This document shows positions 51,401 through 61,877 of a stretch of 64,000 nucleotides of DNA, one piece after another (the stretch's first letter is position 1; each line of letters begins with the position of its first letter). The DNA lies in the NCBI GenBank assembly GCA_023213395.1, contig CM041465.1:88419741-88483740 (forward strand), given 5' to 3'. A program made the position numbers and the translations under genes. Under the pieces are notes generated by a model, which saw only the letters and a list, made by a program, of their open reading frames with translations, did no database searches and was not told the origin of the DNA. Source of the stretch: Cycas panzhihuaensis. Its lineage: Eukaryota > Plantae > Cycadophyta.

Positions 51401-53661
51401 AATATCTTTCCCTTATCTGATAGTTCATATACTTGGAAGTATGTTTCCATTTGCAGTAACCAACTCCGAATGTTCCTTGATCTTTTTGGATCAAATTTTT
51501 CCAGTGTAAATTTGGTTCCCCTAAGAACCTGATCTGATTGGGAACTCCTTTGATTCTGTCGTTTGTAGGTAAAAGCCCTAAATCTTCTTACGTTCTTCTG
51601 TTGTTCGTTCCCCTGGTTATCTTGATCTAGGGATTCTTCATTGAATTCTTCTATGTCTTGATGTTTCTCTACCGATGACTCTCCTTCTTGTAGATCCAGC
51701 CTCTTATTTAAAGTTTTGAATGAAACCTAAATGCTTTTCATTGAAGTGATAAGTTCTGACAATAAGTAGGATAATACTTCTTCTATCCTGCTTCCTTACC
51801 TTCATTATTCTTTGTCTGGCAGTTCACCATCTTGTTTGAGATGAGGCTTTTCCCTAACCTTAGTTCCATCCCTACGGGGGAGGGAGGGAATTTGGTCAAA
51901 ATTTTTCCAAATTATCTTTAGATTCTCGTTTTGAAACAAAGCTCTGATACCACTTGAAGTGAATAATTTCCTCTGTCACTCATTGATTTCCAAATCGTCA
52001 ATGAAAAGTCCATTGAAAGGTTACAAATGGTAGCAAAAATACAAAAAATAGTAAATACACCAGTCAAAATGGACAAGGAATGCAATCTGCAAGGCTAGCC
52101 AATACTGCTCGGAATACGCTCGATTCACCTAATATCGTGCTTGAGATGGCCAACCCTCTTCGAGGCGAGGTTACATGGGCGAGCTAACTGCAACCCTAAA
52201 AGCCGAGTTTATGCTAAGAGAACAAAACCACCTGATGATTTGGAAAGGGGACTCCAACCCCTATATATAGAGACATTTAATCTTCTAAAGGAAGTTGGCC
52301 AGAAATGAGTCAGTTCACTGAGACTAAACCTAGCATGAAGTCGGCCAGAAGACGGGCTATGACTAGTCAAAGTAGGTGAGAAATTGGGAATGTAACATGT
52401 TCTGTGTAGGCTTGAACTAACCCCACCCTTGTAAGCGCATGAGCTAGGCAAAGTAAATCATATTCCCTATGTCCTCATATTATTCTATTAGGTTTTTTCT
52501 TAAGAAGAGCATATTTTCGTTGTTTGTGCCCCCATAAAATCGTTTCCACCAACGAAAATGTTTCAATGCTTTGTCGTACAAATGGAGTGATGCCACCAAA
52601 ACTTGTTCTTTATCGGATATAGTGCTTGTCTGGAAATATATTTTCATTTGGATAATCCAACTGTAGGTGTCCCTAGATTTATCTAGGTCAAATTTTTCAA
52701 AAACAATTGTGCCCTTAAGTCCTTTTCCTAGTTTGAAGTTGATTTACTCAAATTCCCAATCATCCTTTTTTTGCTCCTAGAATTTTATTTCCCTCAAAGG
52801 TTCCCCTCCCTCTATCTGTCTGTCTAATTTTCTGTTTATTGCATTAATCATATTGGTGATTCCCTTTAATTCTCTATGTATGGCAAATACATGACCATCT
52901 ATCTTGTCAATACTTGCATTCACGTCTCCTATTGTAGCTAAGGGATTATTCACCATCTTGTTTTTTTGAAGGGTCTTTCCTGATCTCAACTCCATTTAGG
53001 GGGAAAAATTAAGGATTTCCTAGCATAAGTAAGCAAAAAAAATCTAGCCTCGAGATGGCTTCCAACAAAGCTCTGATACCACTTGTAACAATCTCACAGA
53101 ACTTTATTAAGAAATTTAATAAATATGGTGCAAAATAGACAAAATATCCACCAATACACTTGCAAAATATTCAATCAAAAGGATAATAATATAAATCTAC
53201 TTCACTACTTCTTACATATAAATATAAAATGGTATGAAATGAACGTGAACTGAATAAATACAATGTTACCAAATGATCCTACAAATACTGCTGATAACGA
53301 ATCCCTCTTCAAGGCGAGGTTCCCTCCATAATGCTCCCCAAAAGGGCCAAAAATATGGCAGTCCAAGACTTTTCTGATGATGCCCAAATGAGACCCCAAA
53401 CCCTCCTTAAATATATTGCCAAAAGATACTAATAGAAGTTGGCCAGAAAAGGGGTATAAACCTGCCCAAAACCAAAACTGGAAGTTGGCCAGAACTTCCC
53501 CTAAAACTAGCAAGCTAAAACCTTCAAATGGCCATAACTTTTGTTATAGACGTCGGAATTGACTTTTGTCTGAACCGTTGGAATCCTGGTTTAGAGACCT
53601 TTAATTTGAATGGAGACATGGTATAGTTTTGACCAGACTCCAAGGTGTTTGGAATGCTACA
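42454..53661 (-). mobile_element. Gypsy chromovirus element B (~5.7 kb net) with element C nested in its gag
   Basis: LTRs 42454-43021 and 53084-53661; PBS 53070-53081; PPT at 43022; TSD cacct/aacct; gag start MELRSGK; FFDDILIY; chromodomain YLVKWKNLNVEEAAW (~43100-43145). Confidence 0.95.
46882..52397 (-). mobile_element. Gypsy chromovirus element C (5.5 kb)
   Basis: LTRs 46882-47343 and 51955-52397; PBS 51941-51952; PPT at 47344; perfect TSD TGTTC; ILVDSGSTHNFI protease, [20 protein letters not shown] integrase and decayed chromodomain ...DATWES. Confidence 0.96.
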
Positions 53662-53859
53662 AACCTCATCATATGCAATCTCCCATATGATCACTAACTA
53701 GCAAGAAAGAGGCTAGCAAACCTTCAATTATATATCCAATCCAATTAAATTTTGCAAGTTATGGCAAAAAATATATATCAAAGTCTTTTTTTTTTTTCTG
53801 AATCATATGCAGTCAACAACGAGTTTCTCCAACATTGAAGGGCAATTGTAGAGGTTATC

Positions 53860-56800
53860 CATTACGAACCTAAGTTCATAACTTGAGAACAATCTCCAAA
53901 TCCAAGAGAGCACATAAGCAAACAGGTATGTTGAAGAATTTAATAGTCAAAAGACCATTATATTTAATTGATAGAAATGAATTATGTTGAATGTTTACAA
54001 TGGTTACATATTTATATGTATGACATAATGTGTTTGCAACCATTCGAGAGCACCTTTTGATAATAATTGGATTACTTAATTAGATTCATAATAAGACCCC
54101 CTTCTTGAAATATTTCGTCCTCGAAACATAGTTGAAAAAAATGATTAGTCGTTGTTCTTTAGAAGAATGTCACAATATTTTGTTGTTTGATATTGTATCA
54201 AAATTTTATCCCAATAGTGGTGTGTCTCCCTATATGGTTGAATAATCATTGAGTTTATGTCAATTATGAGATTAATCGAATGTTCCAAGCTTTTATCAAA
54301 AGACAATTCTACTAGAAGATCTTGAAGAATTTCCTTGTGTTTTTGGGAGGTCCGGTGCACTTCATCATTTTCAACTATCAGTCTCATCTCTGCCTGAAAT
54401 GTGAAAAGTTGAGCCACTACACCTTGACGATGCCCCCTAGTTACCTTTTCCATACGCTTACATGACATTACTTAAGCATTTCTTGGTGTTTTTCTTGAAA
54501 GTGTGATAATCTTGCCTTCCTTCTTAAATTTCATGAATAACTTGTCTAAATTCATTTTGAATGTTCCAAGTGTTCTAAGCCATTGACTGCCTAAAACAAC
54601 ATCTACACCTCCCACATTAAGGATGTAAAAATTTTTTGTAATGATAACATTACCCACCATGAGATTAAGATTTTTTATCACACCTTGCCTCGATATAACC
54701 TATTTTCCTCCAACGCCTACTTGAAAACGAGGAGTTCTTAATGGAAATAATCTTAGTTGTTGAACACAATTTCTATCAATGAAATTATAACTGCAGCCTG
54801 AATCCACCAAGATTGTGACAACTTGTTTTTCGATAAATCCTTATAGTTTTAGTGTATTTGATTGAGTAAAACTACTCATAGCTGAAAATGGCATTTTTGG
54901 GGCGTCTTCCTCAAGATAATAGTAATTTTCCTAAGATTCATAATTGTGAAAATTTTCCTGGTTATTTTCTAAGCCTTGCTCCTTCTCATATCCTTCATTC
55001 TCTTCTATAGGCAATAATCTTATTGTATATAGTTGGTTCTTTCGACATCTATGCACAGGTACACACTTTTCTTCACATATAAAGCATACATCATTTTTTC
55101 TTATCTTTTCCTATTATGTTCTTGTCTTTCAAAGGATTGGTTTAGTGGGTCGGTTAAAATTGGCCAGTAAGGGATTAGACCAGGCAATTGGTAATGGAGT
55201 AGGCTGGCCAAACAAGGGAATATAAAGGTTTTGTCTCTATCTTGCGTAATGCATTTATCTTATCTTTATGTATTTTCGCCAATTATATTGCTTTATTAAG
55301 ATCAGTAGGTTCCTAGGTCTTTACATCTGCTTGAATTTCCACCATTAGACCATCAATGAATTGCTCAATGAGTCTTTTAGTCAGAATACCTTCTACTACA
55401 TAACTCAATTCAATGAATGTTATGTTGTATTCTTCTACAATTCCTCTTTGCCTTAATTTTCGTAATTCACAATAGTAATCATGATTGGTTACAACTTTGA
55501 ATCATTCAATGAATAAACGGACGAACTCCTTTCATGTCAACAATTGACTTTGGAATATGGTATGCTCTAAGATCTACCACCATTTACATGCAATTCCATG
55601 CATGTATAATGTTGTTAAAGCAACTTGCTCAATTGGCTCAATTTCTACCAAGTGCTAATAATTTTCTATTTGTTGAATCCATACTCTTGATTCGTGTGTC
55701 TTACCTTATCTTGAAGTGTTAAATCACAACTTTTTCTAGCTTTTTTTTTTCTATGATTGTATGGTCTGCAAATAGTTAAAATATGTTTAGAGTCCAACTA
55801 CGTTTTGTTCTTCAGCTGTTAGGTTTTAGTAGTCGTTAAGATATTTTCTAATAGGCTCATTGGCGAAATTTAATTGTGTTTTTCTAAGTCCAAAATTATC
55901 TCCTATAAGTTGGGTTCTAACATATGACTAATGACTAATCCCTTTGTCTTCCAAATCTAGCACAATTAATTCATCTTCTTTGCCTGCTAACATGATTGTT
56001 AATTTTCCCAAGATCTGATGTAAAGTGTAGTTTAAGAGTGTATTTGACGTTTGTACTACTTCGTGAACTACTTAAGTAATAGGTTCAATAATGTCTTTTT
56101 GGACTAAATTTCCAGCCATTTCTTTAGTGTTCATTATGTTTATAATGGTATATGTAAGATTCTATAGCTTGCCTTCCATAACTACAAGTTAATATATTCA
56201 ATTTGTAACCTTCTTAATTGAGTTGTCCAAGAGGCAATATCTATTATTAGGTCACTTCCCAACATATTGGTGAATATGTAACTCATTTGATTGCTACTCA
56301 ACACAAAGGAGTATTGTGGGCTGATAACCACAACCCAAAGCAACGTAAATCAAATAAAAATGTTGATTTGCCAATTAAAGTATTACCCTTAGTATTGCAC
56401 CTAAGGCCGTCCAATTTAGACTCGTAGCCGTAGCTTGATATATATGTTTGTTTTATAGTTTATTGTAGCGATATAAATACTAATGCCTAACTTATTTCCA
56501 TGGCAACCGGATAGGCAAAGTACATAATATATAACTATATATTAAGGTGACTTTTATAACACTTATATAATATATGAACTATAGTTAGGCGACGAGACGA
56601 TAGGTATATGTGTCAAATTATCTTCATTGTGACGTGGTGGTCGACAAGTATAGATTAATGCTCATCCAATGGCCCCCAGATCAAATTGTTTTTTTTTTTG
56701 TGGCTCGGAGGTAGGTGACTGCTAGGTATATATTTGCATTCACAAATTGACCTACAAATAAAATCGTCTTCTCTATGATTTGGAGGTAGTGATTGCCTGT

Positions 56801-58018
56801 GTATATTAACGTGGATAGGGATCTATGTATTCTTATATATATAACACTTATCTTCGTAACTTGGCACATACGTAGGCGATAGGTATATATGTTGAATTGT
56901 CTTCACCATTACAAGATAGGCAACAAGTATAGATTAATGCTCATCTGTTGGCATGTAGATCAAATCGTTTTTCTCCGTGGCTTAGAGGTAGGCAACTGCA
57001 AGGTATATATTAATACTCACCCGTTGACTGACAGTTCGAATCATCTTCTCCATGATTTCAAGGTAGTGGTTGTGTGTGTATATTATTGCAGATAGGGATA
57101 CATATATTCCTATATATATCAACATTATATTTGCCCGTGTATATTATTCTTTAGTGGTGGCTCGTGTATATTATTTGTCACACATATATATTAGTCGTCA
57201 TCACATGTTGAATTGCAGAGGCTTAATACATAACATTTTCTCTCTGCAGAGTGAATGAAATATTAATATGTCAAATATCCGTAATTCCGCATTGGACAAA
57301 ATATCGTATCTTAATTTTCTTTATGATTTTGTAGCAAACGAAATATCACTATGTTAAATTTTTGTGATTCTATGGCAGACAAAATTATTGATATGTTAAT
57401 TTTCTACAATTTTGCAACTAATGGAATATCGGTATCTTTTTTTCTTTCATGTAATCTCTCTTTCTATGGTTTTGATCTGGTCAGATTGTCCCACTTGGAT
57501 TATTCATAATCTTGCGAAGCCTTTGTCAAATCCTAACCTCATATTATTATGTAACCCTGAACTTATCTGGGATACACACTTGTGCTCTACCAAGCTATCA
57601 GGTTATGAGATGTGTGAAGGATATCTAGTCTTCACAACCCCGTGAAATGGGAATATACAAAGCGGTATGCCTATGTAAAGGCACTATTACTTGGCACAAT
57701 TGTAATCCAAAATAGTTTCTCACAGGGCAGGAATGTTGTTCTCATAGGGCAAGAATGTTTGCTTTGATACCATTTGTTGTGAACCTAAGTTCATAACTTG
57801 AGAACAATCTCCAAATCCAAGAGAGCACACAAGCACATAGGCACGCTAAAGAATTGAATAGTCAAAACACCAATATATTTAATTGATAGAAATGAATGAT
57901 GTTGAATGTTTACAATAGTTACATATTTATATGCGACATAATGTCTTTTGGTGAATGGATGCAACCATTCAAGAGCACTTTTTGATAATAATTGGATTAA
58001 CAAATTAGGGTCATAACA
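53860..58018 (-). mobile_element. Non-autonomous Gypsy element D: gag + protease only, with a long 5' leader (4.16 kb)
   Basis: LTRs 53860-54093 and 57775-58018; PBS gctttgatacca 57761-57772; PPT agacccccc at 54094; TSD ttatc/ttgtc; ILVDSGCSYNFID (~54780-54815) and DVVLGSQWLRTLG; no RT/RH/INT seen. Confidence 0.88.
56597..57135. repeat. Diverged tandem duplication (~279-bp period) in the leader of element D
   Basis: Shared blocks gataggtatat, acaagtatagattaatgctcatc, agatcaaat, gaggtagg and gataggga at a constant offset. Confidence 0.8.
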
Positions 58019-59689
58019 TTGTCGATGCAACTCTTCAACAAATTAGAGAGTGAAGATAGTTGCAAGCCATTACTGTCAAAGGCTAGATGGATCCAAATGT
58101 TGTAGTAGCTTCAACAATCGAACTATGGCAGGTGGCAGCTAGAGTGAGAAAGAGAGGATCACACGAAATCATAGCTCAGGGGATGGCACAAGGATATCAA
58201 CATAGATGACAAGCAATCAACGTATCATCACTGAATGATAAGCAAATGTATGTCAAATGGCCAGCATATGACATGCTCGAGTGAGTAGGAAGAGGTTGCA
58301 TGACAATGATGAGCTCTGGGCAAAATAATCAACAAGAACCTATGATAAGATGACATGCGAACAACAAATTAGAGATACTGAACAGAGGATGGATCATGGC
58401 ACTCACGAGTAGCCCAAGCATGAACAAATTATGGCAAATACACTACGATAAATCAATGTGCCACATCTACACAATAACGAATCTTGCAATGAATCTTCGT
58501 CAAAGGCAACATTTACTGATTTATAAGTGCTACCCTTGATTTTCTAAGTGTTGGAAACAGAGAAATTAGATTTGAGTCATTGTTGTTTTCTCGTTCTTTG
58601 TTTGTTGGAATCGATTTTAGGGGCACACAACAGGGCTCTAATACTAGTTTACGGTGAGCCCATTCCAATATCATATTTAGATCAAAACATATATCAATTA
58701 ATATTCAAAAAATATAAACAACAGATGATAATATCATATGATCAATCCTCTTTGTGGCAAAGGTTTCTCCAAGGCACCAAAATGCCACGATGGCATTAAG
58801 CCATTGTTCAAATGTGACAAAATAATAATTCCAAAATATTATAATAAATTATTAGGGATCCCTTATTTATAGCCATAAGTTAGAGCCTATTTGGAGCCAA
58901 CTTCACATGCCTAATTGGAGCTGACTTGATATTAATATAATTAAGCTTGTAATTATTTATTTTGAGCCAACTTCCCATTAGGCTTGTGACAAGAGATGTC
59001 AAGTTGAATAGAAAATTTGAATGGCAATCTTTAGATCTATTATACATTGACTCTCCCAAACTTAGTGTTGCCATTTGACATAGAGGCAAAAGCACCAAAA
59101 TATGCATTGGGTGTGGTGTTGGCACAAAAGGGTGGCCCCATTGCATATCATCCGATGACCTTCCTAGGGGTAATGATGAAATAAAACACCTAAGGCAAGG
59201 ACTTATATAGTGCAAGCAATCAAGTACTAGTAGTTAAGTTACCAAAATTCTAGTTTCCTTGATGCTTTCACTTTTTACAAACTCCCAGACACTAACAAAA
59301 ATTCCTAAGAACATTTACAAAGATGTTTCCTAGGCAATTTTCAATTTGAAAACATGTTCTCAGTTGTGTTTACCACCCAAAAATGCTAAGGGTGGAAGCT
59401 ACATGGTAGGTGGGCCCCACACACTATTACTATCCTAACTACTAAATATTAAAAATAACATAAACCGTTGAATACATAATGAATTTCATAATTGAGTTTA
59501 TTTCATATCGCATGCTCTATAATCTATAGGTATACGTTTTGTTTTCTAGATGCATAATTTAATATAATTTTGATGTGTAAAATTTTCATATTTTTTTAAA
59601 GCCCTAGACATTTCTACATTTTCTAACTTTTGAAATTTGGGTTTTTTCCATTTCTATTTTTATTTTCAACTTCCTAACAACTTAGATTG

Positions 59690-60620
59690 GAGTCATAATC
59701 TCCTTACAAAGAAGACAATCATTGACTCAAACAACAATCCTCATCAATTCTTACACATATGGACAAGGCTTGACGAACGTCAACATGTTAATTGAATGCA
59801 ATACTTAACGCAATTTCAACTTGTTATTGGGTATAACAAAGGGGCTACTAATAAAGAAGTGGATTGCACGAATCACCCTCACATGCCCTCTCTATTGTCT
59901 ACATTGGAAACTAAAGGATTTGAATCCAATGTTCAGTGAGAACTATACATAGCATGCCAAAAACTTGGATTTTAGTAGCATAGTAGCAAACTTAGAAATC
60001 CCCATCCATTCTAACAAAGGAGTAGCATGAGGATTTTCATATGTCAGATGGAATATTATACAGGTTGTTATCATTACGTGTACCTTCAAGCAACCTACAA
60101 TAAGAGTTGGAGGAAGCACATCATATGAGAGTTCTAGGGCACTTGAAGTGCAAAAACAAAATTGCAACATTTGTAACAATATTTGTATTGGCTAAATATA
60201 TTGCAAGACATGGAGAGATATATCCAAGCTTGATCTCCATGTTATGTCACCAATTAATCAAAAGCTAGGTAAGTATCAACCATTGCTTGTAACTAATTCC
60301 ATATGGGAGTTGATTTATATGGACTTCACCATTGATTTGCCAACCACCCCAATTAGTAAGGATTATTGTTGATCAATGTAATAATATGATAGTCTTGGTA
60401 TCGTTTAAGAAGTTTATTATGGCCAAACAAGCAACCAAGCTATTTTCCATCATATGTGGATTTGTTTTGGACTTTCTTTTGCCCATAATTTCAAATAGGG
60501 ACAACAAATTCCTAAATGTCTTCTACACAACTTGTAGGGATTTGTGGGCACAAAACTAAAAATATCTTAATATGTCCATCCTCAAGCAAACAAGTAGTTT
60601 GAAGTGGCAAAACAAATAAT
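59690..60620 (+). pseudogene. Old Gypsy RNaseH-integrase remnant
   Basis: FNLVIGYNKG.TNK and PLLV..SIWELIYMDF..DLP motifs; IISNRDNKFL. Confidence 0.7.
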
Positions 60621-61300
60621 GGTCAATAATAAATATCCTCACATGTTGATCAACTCTATCATTTATCATGTACCATAGATGTACTATATCTTGCATTTCT
60701 TAGAGGTAGGTACTTTAGGTTTAATTTAGCATGTTTGTAACATGAGTGGTCTCCACTGACTTTATGTACTTTTAGGTCATGGACCCTCACTGTGTGATTA
60801 TTGTCCTCATAAGCCCAAGTACATGTAATGCCAAATGAGCTAAGGGCCACAAAATAAGGTAAATTAGACAATAAGTTAGCTAAATTAGTCAATTTAGGTA
60901 TGGGTTATCAGAAATTCTTGTCAAGTTTTTGTAACCAATATTTAGTTACAAGCTTCTTGTAATCAATAGTTGCATGTAACTACCCCTACCTCTCGTCTTA
61001 TAAAGAGAGGAGAGGCACACTTTTTGTAGACATAGAGGATATAGTGATAATATAAAGAATACGGAGGAGGAATTGATGGCAAATGCATATGTACATACAC
61101 TCATTTTCAATTCCTGAAAATAGGAGCATCGCCTCCAATTTATGAGCTCCTCTCATAGCATGCCATCTCATATGTGTTTGTAGTACTTCTCATATATGTT
61201 TGCAACCACATCCAAGACATTGGCAGACTCCAACAACTCAACACAATCTACTTGCAACCACCTCATTACTCACATCCGCAATCTAGTGACAAAATTTACA

Positions 61301-61877
61301 TTCTAATACCACTTTGTAATGGCCCTTCTCTGGGAGGACACTATATAGTAGCCTCCTAGACTACCTAAGTTCAAGATTTTACCTGCAACAAACCATAAGA
61401 TTTGCAAGTAACATGTTGTGCTAGCGATAAAGAATTATGTGATTACATGTACTCCATATGATAATAATATGTAGATAGTATACCTCTAGTAAACAAGAAC
61501 ATATACATATTCTAGCTCTATCTCCCAAGCATGCAATAGCATATAAACAAGTATTTATCTATAACTAAAATAAACATGACATGATATCAAGAGAACATTG
61601 ACATAAACTAGAACATAGAAATTATCTTTTATGGAGAAAAGCCAAATTGCTCATAGGGGATTCACCACCAAGCCAACTAGAAACTCCTCTTGAGAATTTA
61701 CCCTCATGTAGAGGCACATGAAATGAACAAAGAAGTAATAATGAATGGACTCTAAACTCTCATTTCATCCTCAAAACATCATAACAAAGCATAATATTTC
61801 AATAGACAACTTGACAACCATACAAAAGTTTGGCAAAAATAAGAGCAACTACATATCACATGCATGCAATGTAGAAC
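61301..61877 (-). repeat. Possible PBS + 5' LTR of a further minus-strand element, interrupted by the terminal Copia
   Basis: ttctaatacca (decayed gctctgatacca) followed by ctt-TGTAATG; no partner LTR found. Confidence 0.3.

Noticed and set aside
17561-52397. Any autonomous, active retrotransposon or env-like ORF
   Set aside because: All gag-pol frames are broken by many stops and frameshifts, the LTR pairs are visibly diverged, and there is no extra ORF between pol and the PPT.
58549-59297. Possible solo LTR (TGTT...AACA with a minus-strand ggctataaataagg)
   Set aside because: No matching TSD, partner LTR, PBS or PPT, so the boundaries are unsupported.
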